Shown: piece after piece, positions 50,574 through 59,455 of the stretch
How the letters are laid out: each line of letters opens with the position of its first letter
Numbering within the stretch: position 1 is the stretch's first letter
Assembly: GCA_964450945.1 (NCBI GenBank)
Contig: CAYVHI010000001.1
Location: forward strand, 93,316-157,315
Direction of reading: 5' to 3'
DNA length: 64,000 nucleotides
DNA from: an uncultured Rickettsiales bacterium
Lineage (GTDB): Bacteria > Pseudomonadota > Alphaproteobacteria > Rickettsiales > JABDBP01
The notes under the pieces: model-generated
What the model was told of the DNA's origin: nothing
Database searches by the model: none
The model's input: only the letters and a program-made list of their open reading frames with translations
Program-made: the position numbers and the translations under genes

Positions 50574-50885
50574 GTGGACGCAAGCGTAAGGGAACAGGTC
50601 GAGAGCCTGTTACGCAAGGGGGTTGCAGGGATGAAACTCCCCACCAAGCAAAACGAGGAAGATTTCATCCGCGAAGCGATCAAGTTGGCCCTCTTCCTGG
50701 TTACCCTTCTTGCAAAGAGCAAGAAGGAACGCCCTCTTGACTGGGTTGTGGCCGTCGCCGCTGCCTTGACTTACGGCGGCTTTCACTTCGAGGCCTACAA
50801 GCTTCACAGCTGGAGGGGCCTCACTCGCCTCCTCCGCCGCTACTCTCTAGGGAAGAAGGTGTTGAGTTGGTTGGAAGGGAAGTAG
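50574..50885 (+). CDS. small protein ORF B (~104 aa), two hydrophobic helices and basic tail, unknown family
   Basis: The GTG at 50574 follows GGAAGG and lies 35 nt after the repeat, which parallels ORF C. An alternative ATG is at 50631. The track start at 50499 would read through the hairpin. Confidence 0.5.
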   Translation: MDASVREQVESLLRKGVAGMKLPTKQNEEDFIREAIKLALFLVTLLAKSKKERPLDWVVAVAAALTYGGFHFEAYKLHSWRGLTRLLRRYSLGKKVLSWLEGK

Positions 50886-50915
50886 GAGGAGTAACTCTCT
50901 TTCTCCGCTTCCAAG

Positions 50916-50991
50916 CCGGCCCCTAACTAAGGGCCGGCGTCAACCTTCGGGGTGTTTCTTCCTGCCTCACGGCAGGCGGGAACACCCCACC
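50916..50991 (+). repeat. 76-bp twin-hairpin repeat, copy 2
   Basis: Identical at 76/76 positions to 50463-50538. Wholly intergenic. Confidence 0.95.
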
Positions 50992-51024
50992 AGCCTAAAA
51001 CTTTAACTTAAGAAAGGGAAAAAG

Positions 51025-51339
51025 ATGAACGACTGGCAGAAGTTCACGGCCGCCCTCATCAAGAGCCTTCCTGAGGACCCTGACGGTGAAACCCGGGAGG
51101 TGCTGATTCGAGAGATCGTGGATGCCTATCTCTTGGTGATCTTGTTAAACCTTGATAAATGGTGGCAGAAAAAAGAAAACTTCCCCAGCATCGAAGCGCT
51201 AGTTGCGCTGACCGTCCTGCTGGTTTCGCAAGAGAAAGTTCTTGAAGCTGCAGAGACGATGAACAAAAATGAGTTGTTCAGTCTGCTCCGGTCACTCCCT
51301 AACGGGAATGATGTGATTACGCTGCTCGAAAACTATTAA
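51025..51339 (+). CDS. small helical protein ORF C (104 aa), unknown family
   Basis: The ATG is preceded by AAGAAAGGGAAAAAG and the ORF is followed by a strong terminator. Confidence 0.6.
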   Translation: MNDWQKFTAALIKSLPEDPDGETREVLIREIVDAYLLVILLNLDKWWQKKENFPSIEALVALTVLLVSQEKVLEAAETMNKNELFSLLRSLPNGNDVITLLENY

Positions 51340-51352
51340 GGGATTTTTTATA

Positions 51353-51410
51353 GGGGGATGATTCTTGAGCTGCTAAATGCAGACCTGAATCATCCCCCTT
51401 TTTATTTTTA
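51353..51410 (+). terminator. intrinsic terminator of the cassette
   Basis: GGGGGATGATTC ... GAATCATCCCCC (12-bp stem) followed by TTTTTATTTTT. It ends 5 nt before the metE stop. Confidence 0.75.
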
Positions 51411-51414
51411 AAGA

Positions 51415-53724
51415 TTAGCCGTTTGAAGCTTTCTTGTTGCCGTTAAGTTCAGCGCGTAAATTCTTCGCCGCCTGAACCATTGCAACGAGCGCCGGTTCAG
51501 TTTCTTTCCAGCCACGGGTTTTCAAACCGCAATCAGGGTTAACCCAGATTTGTGCAGGATTTAAAACCTTTAAGGCTTTACGCAGCAACTGCTCCATCTC
51601 TTCAACTGACGGAATGCGAGGGGTATGAATATCATACACGCCCGGCCCAATTTCTTGCGGATATTTGAAGTTCACGAATGCATCCAAGAGTTCCATCTGC
51701 GAACGTGAAGTTTCAATAGAGATAACATCCGCATCCATATCAGCGATTGATTTGATGATATCGTTGAATTCTGAATAGCACATGTGTGTGTGGATCTGTG
51801 TTTCATCGCGCACGCCTGCAGCAGAAATGCGGAATGAATCAACAGCCCATTTCAGATATTTTTCCCAGTCATTACGGTGAAGCGGCAGACCTTCGCGGAT
51901 TGCCGGTTCATCAATCTGGATGGCTTTAATACCGGCCTTTTCCAAATCAACAACTTCATCGCGAATCGCAAGCGCAATTTGTTTGCAGGTTGTTTCACGA
52001 GGTTGGTCATCACGAACAAAACTCCACTGAAGAATAGTAACCGGACCAGTTAACATTCCCTTCATAATTTTCTTTGTTAGCTCTTGTGCAAATTTTGACC
52101 AGCCAACTGTCATAGGTTTTTCACGAGAAACATCACCGAAAATAATCGGAGGTTTCACGCAACGAGAGCCATAAGATTGTACCCAGCCATTTTCGGTGAA
52201 GGCAAAACCTTTCAGCTGCTCGCCGAAATATTCCACCATGTCGTTACGTTCGAATTCGCCGTGCACCAGCATATCGATGCCGACCTTTTCCTGGAAACGA
52301 ACCGTCTTCTCAGTTTCACTCTTTAAGAATTCTGTATATTCCTTATCAGAAATTTTTCCCTTCTTGTATTCTGCGCGTTTAGCACGAACTTCCTGAGTCT
52401 GAGGGAAAGAGCCGATTGTGGTAGTAGGAAGAAGAGGAAGGCCAAGCGCCTTATCCTGAATCTCTTTGCGTTTTGCAAACGGGCTCTTTCTTGAAAGAAG
52501 ATCAGCAGAAATTGCTGCTGTGCGCTGCTTAACCGCAGGGTTATGAATGCGCGCAGAAGATTTGCGTGCCTCGATTGCTTTTTTATTTGCATCCAGTTCA
52601 GCTTTTACTGAATCACGGCCGCTGTTTATTGCCTTAGCAAGCGTTGCAACCTCAGCAAGTTTCTGCTTAGCAAACGCAAGCCAGCTCTTGATTTCCGCAT
52701 CAAGCTTCTTTTCGCCGTCAAGATCAAAAGGTGTGTGCAGGAGTGAGCATGAAGGAGCAACAATCACTCTATCTTTGCCGAGTTTTGTTACCGCTTTCTC
52801 AAGCGTAGCAAGAATGCTGTTAAGATCAGCTTTCCATATATTCCGGCCATCAATCACGCCGAGTGAGATTGTTAAATTTGCAGGTGCTGTGGCAAGAACT
52901 TTATCAAGCTGGGCTGGGCCACGAGTTAAATCTATATGAAGCGCCGCAACAGGCAGCTTCAGCGCAATATCAAGATTGCCCCTCGCATCTTCAAAATATG
53001 TCGCGAGGAAAATTTTGGCTTTTCCTGCTGCTTTTGCAAGCTTCTCATATGTAGCCTGATAAGCTTTTGCTGCTTCAGGGGGAAGATCAAGAACAAGGCA
53101 TGGCTCATCAATCTGGATCCACTCAGCGCCAGCCTCAGCCAGCTTACCAACAATTTCTTCGTAAACAGGAAGAAGTTTTGGCAGAAGGTCTAACGCCCTG
53201 CCATCTTTCATCTTGCCGAGCAGAAGGAAAGAGATTGGGCCAAGAATTACCGGCTTGGTTTTAAAGCCGGCATCTTTTGCTTCGTTAAAATTATTCAATA
53301 CGCCCTTGCAATTAAACTTGAAGTTTGTGTTTTTGTTAAACTCAGGAACGCTATAGTGATAGTTGGTATCAAACCACTTGGTCATTTCAAGCGCAGTAAC
53401 GTTTATGCCCTTAGCTTTATCCTGAGCGCCACGCGCCATTGCAAAATACAGGCCAAGACCTTCCGGTTGCGCAGCATATCTTTCAGGAATGGCGCCAACC
53501 ATGTTGATGGTATCAAGAACGTGATCATAAAATGAGAAGTCATTTGATGAAATAAGATCAATGCCCGCATCTTTCTGTGCCTTCCAGTTGTTGGCGCGAA
53601 TTTTCTTCGCAGCCTCCTGTAAAGCCTGCTCATTAATCTCACCCTTCCAGAAGCTTTCCACCGCCTTCTTAAGTTCGCGGTTAGGACCCATGCGGCTCAT
53701 GCCAAGATTTGCTGAAAATGCCAT
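51415..53724 (-). CDS. metE: cobalamin-independent methionine synthase
   Basis: 769 aa with two-domain MetE architecture and C-terminal Zn-site motifs (HMCYSEF, NPDCGLKTR). Confidence 0.94.
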   Translation of the reverse strand: MAFSANLGMSRMGPNRELKKAVESFWKGEINEQALQEAAKKIRANNWKAQKDAGIDLISSNDFSFYDHVLDTINMVGAIPERYAAQPEGLGLYFAMARGAQDKAKGINVTALEMTKWFDTNYHYSVPEFNKNTNFKFNCKGVLNNFNEAKDAGFKTKPVILGPISFLLLGKMKDGRALDLLPKLLPVYEEIVGKLAEAGAEWIQIDEPCLVLDLPPEAAKAYQATYEKLAKAAGKAKIFLATYFEDARGNLDIALKLPVAALHIDLTRGPAQLDKVLATAPANLTISLGVIDGRNIWKADLNSILATLEKAVTKLGKDRVIVAPSCSLLHTPFDLDGEKKLDAEIKSWLAFAKQKLAEVATLAKAINSGRDSVKAELDANKKAIEARKSSARIHNPAVKQRTAAISADLLSRKSPFAKRKEIQDKALGLPLLPTTTIGSFPQTQEVRAKRAEYKKGKISDKEYTEFLKSETEKTVRFQEKVGIDMLVHGEFERNDMVEYFGEQLKGFAFTENGWVQSYGSRCVKPPIIFGDVSREKPMTVGWSKFAQELTKKIMKGMLTGPVTILQWSFVRDDQPRETTCKQIALAIRDEVVDLEKAGIKAIQIDEPAIREGLPLHRNDWEKYLKWAVDSFRISAAGVRDETQIHTHMCYSEFNDIIKSIADMDADVISIETSRSQMELLDAFVNFKYPQEIGPGVYDIHTPRIPSVEEMEQLLRKALKVLNPAQIWVNPDCGLKTRGWKETEPALVAMVQAAKNLRAELNGNKKASNG

Positions 53725-53823
53725 TACCTATTCTCCATTACTTATATGTTGCAGGCGTCAGTATACTATGTTAGTCAAGGGGGGTATTTTTAATGGCTAA
53801 AACCAATAAAAGCAACAGGAAAT

Positions 53824-54285
53824 ATGACAAAAACAGCTAAAAAAGAACAGGATCACCCTTCTTTGGAACAGCAAATCATCATTAACGCCCAGTATGTTAA
53901 GGATATTTCTTTTGAAAATCCTAAGGCCCCGCAGAGCCTTGCGCCCTCAAACGAAAGGCCAAAAATTGACCTAAACATAGACATTAACGTACAAAGAATC
54001 AGCGAAAACAGCTTTGAAGTGGCGCTTCGCACCACCGCTAAAGCCGCTAATGAGAAAGATACGCTTTTCATAGCTGAACTTGTTTATGCCGGCCTGTTCA
54101 CCCTCTCCAACATTGAAGAAAAAGATAAGGAACCAGCACTCCTGATATACTGCCCAAACATGCTCTATCCCTTTGCAAGGCGCATAATGGCAGACCTTAC
54201 CCGCGATGGCGGTTTTCCACCCCTTATGCTTGATCCCATTGATTTTGCTAGACTTTATATAGAACGTAAGAAGAAGCAGAATTAA
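53824..54285 (+). CDS. secB: protein-export chaperone SecB
   Basis: 153 aa with QYVKDISFENP and LLIYCPNMLYPFARR motifs. Confidence 0.9.
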   Translation: MTKTAKKEQDHPSLEQQIIINAQYVKDISFENPKAPQSLAPSNERPKIDLNIDINVQRISENSFEVALRTTAKAANEKDTLFIAELVYAGLFTLSNIEEKDKEPALLIYCPNMLYPFARRIMADLTRDGGFPPLMLDPIDFARLYIERKKKQN

Positions 54286-54339
54286 AGGTTTATTAACTAT
54301 ATCCATTTATAATAAAGCTGAAGAAACGGCGATCTTTAA

Positions 54340-55224
54340 ATGAATATAGAAGAAGCAACAAGGCAATTAAATGCCATCGGTTTTGATACAATAGGCCCGG
54401 TTGCCAACTGGCAATACGATGAAGGGAGAAAATTATTTGTCCTCAACTTGCCACCTGGCACTGATAACGACAAGGCAAACCTGCTGTATGAAATACTCTC
54501 GGACAGGGTGGAAGCAAAAAGACGCGGCGCTCCTTTTGCAGAAGATGTAAGATATAAACTCTCTGTCGGCGGAAAAGCACGGATATTAAGTTTAAGCATA
54601 GCTGCCACAGACTTGGAGCTTGCCGCACCAGCGGTGACACAGATTGGCTCCGCAGTTCCAGAGGCACTTCCCGAAGATGAACCAATGACAGCCCTGCCCG
54701 TAAATGAAGATCAAGTAAAGCTTGTGGCAGAAACCTTTCCTTCACCTTTCAGGCCTATGGTAAGTGATGGAAAGTGGAAATATTTTGACCATCCAGACGA
54801 TGGTCCTCGCATACGCCTTTTGATAAAGTTGCCATCATCCGACCTTCTGCCGGCGCCAACAAAACAATCTGAGACCGCCGAAGATATTATAAGAGCAAAA
54901 CAGAATTTAGACCTTTTTCCCATGAGCCTTGATAAAGATCTTAATATGGCGGCAGGGAATGAATATATGAACGGAAGAGGCGTGGCAGCCTTTATGCTTA
55001 GAGTGGGCAGGGCAGGCGCACAAAACTCTTTCTATCTCGAAATTGTTGGCCTTAATCCTTCTGGGTTAAACGGCCAGAAAGCCCAAGAGGTGCGTAAAAC
55101 TATGGCGGAATGGTCTGGCCTTGTTAATGAAGCTATCGATACGCTAAGCAAAACACTCAGCCAGTCTAAAGGCCGGTTGAAAAAAGGCATCATCAGGCAA
55201 GATTCTGGTCCTTCACTAACTTAA
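54340..55224 (+). CDS. hypothetical repeat-module protein, paralog of 55240-56475
   Basis: 294 aa. It shares the VSDGKWK-containing module with the next gene. Confidence 0.55.
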   Translation: MNIEEATRQLNAIGFDTIGPVANWQYDEGRKLFVLNLPPGTDNDKANLLYEILSDRVEAKRRGAPFAEDVRYKLSVGGKARILSLSIAATDLELAAPAVTQIGSAVPEALPEDEPMTALPVNEDQVKLVAETFPSPFRPMVSDGKWKYFDHPDDGPRIRLLIKLPSSDLLPAPTKQSETAEDIIRAKQNLDLFPMSLDKDLNMAAGNEYMNGRGVAAFMLRVGRAGAQNSFYLEIVGLNPSGLNGQKAQEVRKTMAEWSGLVNEAIDTLSKTLSQSKGRLKKGIIRQDSGPSLT

Positions 55225-55239
55225 TTTGAGAAAACGATT

Positions 55240-56475
55240 ATGCCCAATAATTCGCCAGAAACAGTCATTGAGAATCTTGACATCCTTACCGAAGCGATGG
55301 GCCTTGAAGTTTCCAAGCAACTAGCCTGGCGTCAGGAACAGGTGCGTGGGCGCGATGCTTTCGTGCTGACGGGCATAGACCAGAATGCCGGCTCTGAACT
55401 GGCAAGAAAGATCAAGAATGTTGCCGAATTCATAAAGGGCGAAACAAGAACGCCCGTAACTAAAACTACATGGCACGTGGATGGTAAAAGCATAGATGGC
55501 GTTACAATTTTTCCTGAAGATATAGATGCCAATGTGTTGGCACAGGTTGCAGACCCCGTCATCCGCGCAAAAGAAGCTGCGGCAAACAAGGCCCTTAAAC
55601 CTAAAGATGTTGAAACAAAATTCCCAGAGCAAGATGCCCTTGCCTTCCTTAACTCATTAGGGTTTGATAAATTTAACCCGGCAGTCTCCGACGGAAAGTG
55701 GAAAATGGAAGGAAGTGGAGTGCCAGTCCTGCAGTTCTGGTGCCCCGCCGGAGTTGGGGCACCAAAAATAACCGACATAGCAGAAAGCCTGGAGGTTGCT
55801 GCCGGAAAGATGGACAAAGCACCCGTTGCCTCCTTCAAATTAGGGAAGGGGGAAGGGGCGCGCCCGGGCTTTGCTTCTTATGCGCTCTTTATTGATAATA
55901 TAGCGACAAATCCTGCTGATCTAGAAAGATATAGAGACACCATAATGGTAACAGCAGGAGAGTGGGTGGGCGAGATTAACCTTGCCATGCAGAACTCCAA
56001 AGGGCCAACGCTTAGAACTGTTGAGACCTCTGATATTGCGGTTCTTAATAAAGTAATGGACTTCTCAGGGCTTGATAAAAGACTGGTTGGCAAGCCAGGA
56101 TGGGAATTCCTAAAAGAACCAAACGGAGACACCTCCGCAAGGCTTACGGTGAGGGTTCCTGCCGAATGGCTTTCTTCAGAAAGAAAGGACCGCCTGAGCA
56201 TGAGTAAAGAGGCTGCACCACTGGAAAAGGCAGCTACAGCACCTGGCGACACAAGGAGCGCGATACTTGTTGTCTCCCTGCATGGACGCACCGTTGGCGG
56301 ACTTAAGAATTTGCAGATTATAGTTACCGCAATAAACCCGGAAGCGCTTGGGCAAAGAGCCGAAGCTCTAAAAGAGCCCGTTGCAAACCTGACGGCAAAC
56401 CTTAACGAAAGAGTGGCTCAAGAACTTAAGGACAGAGAGCCAAAATTATTCGGATCAATGCCAAGAACGCTTTAG
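55240..56475 (+). CDS. hypothetical repeat-module protein, paralog of 54340-55224
   Basis: 411 aa with about three copies of a ~100-aa module. No family recognised. Confidence 0.55.
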   Translation: MPNNSPETVIENLDILTEAMGLEVSKQLAWRQEQVRGRDAFVLTGIDQNAGSELARKIKNVAEFIKGETRTPVTKTTWHVDGKSIDGVTIFPEDIDANVLAQVADPVIRAKEAAANKALKPKDVETKFPEQDALAFLNSLGFDKFNPAVSDGKWKMEGSGVPVLQFWCPAGVGAPKITDIAESLEVAAGKMDKAPVASFKLGKGEGARPGFASYALFIDNIATNPADLERYRDTIMVTAGEWVGEINLAMQNSKGPTLRTVETSDIAVLNKVMDFSGLDKRLVGKPGWEFLKEPNGDTSARLTVRVPAEWLSSERKDRLSMSKEAAPLEKAATAPGDTRSAILVVSLHGRTVGGLKNLQIIVTAINPEALGQRAEALKEPVANLTANLNERVAQELKDREPKLFGSMPRTL

Positions 56476-57143
56476 GAAGCAGTTTCCCAAAGAGGGTTTT
56501 TTATCTTCTTTAAAAATTCTTCGTGAGCTTTTGATTCTTCTTCGGTTGGCTTGGTAGCCGGACGCGATTTTATTACTGTATTAGAAGAAACATCATTTTG
56601 TTGTGCGGCATTAACAAGCTCCATAGCCGCCTGACGGCCACCCATAAGCTCCGCATATACTTCGGCAAGCAGTTGTGCATCAAGAAGAGCGCCGTGCTTC
56701 TCACGCGCCGAAAGATCTACATTAAACCTGCGGCACAGCGCATCAAGGCTTGCCTGGCCACCAGGAAACTTGCGCCTTGCAATGAAAAGTGTATCAACTG
56801 CCCTGTCTATGGATATAAGATCGCGACGGGCGATGGAAAGTTCGTGATTGATGAATTTTATATCGAATGCCGCGTTATGAATTACCAGCGGCGAATTAGA
56901 AATGAAAGAAAGAAAATCTCCCACTATATGGGAAAAAAGCGGCTTATCAGAAAGAAATGCCCTGGACAGGCCATGTATGCGGAACGCTTCATCAGGAACA
57001 TCCCTTTCAGGATTTAAATATGTGTGATACTCGCGCCCTGTAGGAATGCGGTTAAAAACTTCCACGCACCCGATTTCAATTATACGGTGACCGCCTGCCG
57101 GGTCTATGCCCGTTGTTTCGGTATCAAGAATTATTTCTCTCAT
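56472..57143 (-). CDS. dnaQ: DNA polymerase III subunit epsilon
   Basis: Exo motifs ILDTETTG, HNAAFD and HGALLDAQLLAEVY. Confidence 0.9.
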   Translation of the reverse strand: MREIILDTETTGIDPAGGHRIIEIGCVEVFNRIPTGREYHTYLNPERDVPDEAFRIHGLSRAFLSDKPLFSHIVGDFLSFISNSPLVIHNAAFDIKFINHELSIARRDLISIDRAVDTLFIARRKFPGGQASLDALCRRFNVDLSAREKHGALLDAQLLAEVYAELMGGRQAAMELVNAAQQNDVSSNTVIKSRPATKPTEEESKAHEEFLKKIKNPLWETAS

Positions 57144-57159
57144 CTACTTTCCCTTATAT

Positions 57160-57792
57160 TTAGAGTACCCTCATCAATCTTGCTCTGGCGCCTTGCTGCG
57201 GCCGGGCAGAGAGAATATCCTTATAAATCTTCTTAACCATTCTTACAGCAGAACCTTTATCAAGACCAGTATTAATTACAAAGTCGGCAAGCTCTGCTTT
57301 CTGGCCCGCAGAAAGCTGGCGCGACAGTATCGCCTTGAATTTTTTCTCATCCACCCCACGCTTCTTAATAACGCGGTTCCTCTGGATAAATTCCGGCGCC
57401 AGAGCAACAACAACAAAATCGCAGTAGCGGTTAAATCCGGTTTCAAACAAAAGCGGGATATCAAGCACAACCATCTTGCGGCGGCGCTTAAAACTTTCCT
57501 TTATGAATTTAAGTTCTTCAAGGCGGACTTTGCGATGTAATATATCTTCAAGCTTTGCGAGCGCCTTCGGATCCTTATAAACAATCTCGGCCAGGCGCTT
57601 CCTATCAATCTTATCATCATCTCTTGCTTCAGGAAAAAGCTTTGAAACAGTTGCAACGGCCGAGCCTTTTGATTGCAACATCCTGTGAACCGCCTTATCA
57701 GCATCAAATACCGCAGCGCCAAGACGGCGGAATTGTCTTGCGACAAAACTCTTTCCCATGCCTATTGATCCTGTAAGCCCTACTATGATCAT
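57160..57792 (-). CDS. coaE: dephospho-CoA kinase
   Basis: P-loop GLTGSIGMGKS. 210 aa. Confidence 0.88.
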   Translation of the reverse strand: MIIVGLTGSIGMGKSFVARQFRRLGAAVFDADKAVHRMLQSKGSAVATVSKLFPEARDDDKIDRKRLAEIVYKDPKALAKLEDILHRKVRLEELKFIKESFKRRRKMVVLDIPLLFETGFNRYCDFVVVALAPEFIQRNRVIKKRGVDEKKFKAILSRQLSAGQKAELADFVINTGLDKGSAVRMVKKIYKDILSARPQQGARARLMRVL

Positions 57793-58634
57793 CTTTCCCC
57801 CAGAGCTTTTAAAAGTTCTTCCTTCAGTTCAGGACTTATGGTTCCCGGATTCTTCCCAAACCATTCCGTGAATGCTGGTATTGCCTGGCCAATAAGCATA
57901 TCAAGCCCCCCGAGCGTCCGGTAGCCACGTTTCTTTGCCACCTTTATAAGTGGTGTTTCAAGAGGATTGTAGACAATATCATATATAAGCGCATTCTTCG
58001 GCAACCCGGCAAAATCAATCTCAAGCGGCGGCTGACCCTTCATGCCGAGTGAGGTTGTGTTTACAACAATATTTGCGCCACTCATCAGTTCTGGCATATT
58101 TTCCCACTCGGCCACTTCTATATTTTTCATGCCGAATATCTTTCCAAAATCATCCTTTAATCTTTCTGCTCTTTCTTTGTTGCGGTTGATAAGAACAATC
58201 TTTTTCTTTTCTTCAAGGTTAACAACCACAGAGCGCGCAGCACCCCCCGCGCCTATAACAACCGCCTTACCGCCCTCTGCATATTCTTCATAGCCGTTGC
58301 TCTGCAAGCTGAACCAGAAACCGAACTTATCTGTATTCTCGCCAAGAATTTTTCCATCCTTCTTGAAAATTACCGTGTTAACCGCACCTATGGCTTCCGC
58401 CTGCTCGGTAACCTCATCCATATAATCAATTACTTTTTCCTTGTGGGGAACCGTAACATTAACGCCCGCAAAACCCTCTTTCTTTAGCCATTTTATTTTT
58501 TTTCCGAGCTCTTCCGGCTTTACCAGAATGCGCTCATAACTACCTTTTATATTAAACTTCTTCAGCCAGAAATTATGTATTATCGGCGACAGCGAATGTT
58601 CTATGGGATAACCAATCACGCCAGCCTTTATCAT
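57789..58634 (-). CDS. aroE: shikimate dehydrogenase
   Basis: N-terminal GVIGYPIEHSLSP and GAGGAARS NADP site. Confidence 0.88.
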   Translation of the reverse strand: MIKAGVIGYPIEHSLSPIIHNFWLKKFNIKGSYERILVKPEELGKKIKWLKKEGFAGVNVTVPHKEKVIDYMDEVTEQAEAIGAVNTVIFKKDGKILGENTDKFGFWFSLQSNGYEEYAEGGKAVVIGAGGAARSVVVNLEEKKKIVLINRNKERAERLKDDFGKIFGMKNIEVAEWENMPELMSGANIVVNTTSLGMKGQPPLEIDFAGLPKNALIYDIVYNPLETPLIKVAKKRGYRTLGGLDMLIGQAIPAFTEWFGKNPGTISPELKEELLKALGER

Positions 58635-59455
58635 TCCCTTTCTTCCTTTTTCCTGCGCTGCTGATGAAGCTGGATGATGTTGGCGGCAACCTCCTCAACC
58701 GATTTTCTTGTTACATCTATAACCGGCCATCGCTGCTTGGAAAATAGTTTCTTCGCTTCTACCAGCTCTTCTTTTATCGAATCCATATCAACATAGCTGG
58801 TATCCCTATCTTCTTTCATTGAAAGAAGGCGGCTCTTCCTTATTTCAATAAGCCGTTCTGGCGCGATAACAAGTCCGACAATTAATGGCTTAGTTAGCGA
58901 AAAAAGTGTTTCTGGCAGAGCGACGCCTTTTACCATCGGAACGTTTGCCGCCTTATAGCCGCGGTGGGAAAGATACATGCTGGTTGGAGATTTTGAGGTA
59001 CGGGAAACGCCAACCAGGATTATATCCGCCTCTTCCAAATCCCAGGTTGCCTGGCCATCATCATGCGAGATGGAAAAGTTAATCGCCTCAACGCGCGAGA
59101 AGTATTCTTCATCCAATTCATACTGGCTGCCGGCACGCATTTTTATACCCATACCGAGCAGCGATGACATCTCACTTATAACGCGATTAAGTGGAGCTAC
59201 ATATGGAACATTTATTTTCTTACAGCCTTCAGCAAGATAATCCTGCAACAGCGGGTCTATAATGGTATACATAACTATCCCCGGGTTCTCCTTTATCTCT
59301 TCAAGAACCTTGTCTATCTGCCCTTTTGTACGGGTTAGAGACCATATATTCTCTTCTGCATCTATCCCCTCAAAAAGCGACATCACGGCACGGGCTATAC
59401 TACTTACCGTTTCCCCGGTTGAATCAGATATAAGATGCAGATTTATTTTTTTCAT
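58631..59455 (-). CDS. pyruvate,phosphate dikinase regulatory protein-like kinase/pyrophosphorylase (DUF299)
   Basis: LISDSTGET N-terminus and GVSRTSKSPTSMYL P-loop. Confidence 0.85.
   Translation of the reverse strand: MKKINLHLISDSTGETVSSIARAVMSLFEGIDAEENIWSLTRTKGQIDKVLEEIKENPGIVMYTIIDPLLQDYLAEGCKKINVPYVAPLNRVISEMSSLLGMGIKMRAGSQYELDEEYFSRVEAINFSISHDDGQATWDLEEADIILVGVSRTSKSPTSMYLSHRGYKAANVPMVKGVALPETLFSLTKPLIVGLVIAPERLIEIRKSRLLSMKEDRDTSYVDMDSIKEELVEAKKLFSKQRWPVIDVTRKSVEEVAANIIQLHQQRRKKEERE

Noticed and set aside
50463-50991. The idea that the cassette is an integron-like array with the repeats acting as attC sites.
   Set aside because: There is no intI or attI in the window. I could not find a paired RYYYAAC / GTTRRRY core at the repeat ends. 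The third ORF is followed by an unrelated terminator hairpin rather than a third copy.
53725-53823. Possible cobalamin or SAM riboswitch upstream of metE.
   Set aside because: Only ~100 nt lie between metE and secB, with no B12-box or SAM-II-like pseudoknot elements recognisable. That is too short for a cobalamin aptamer.
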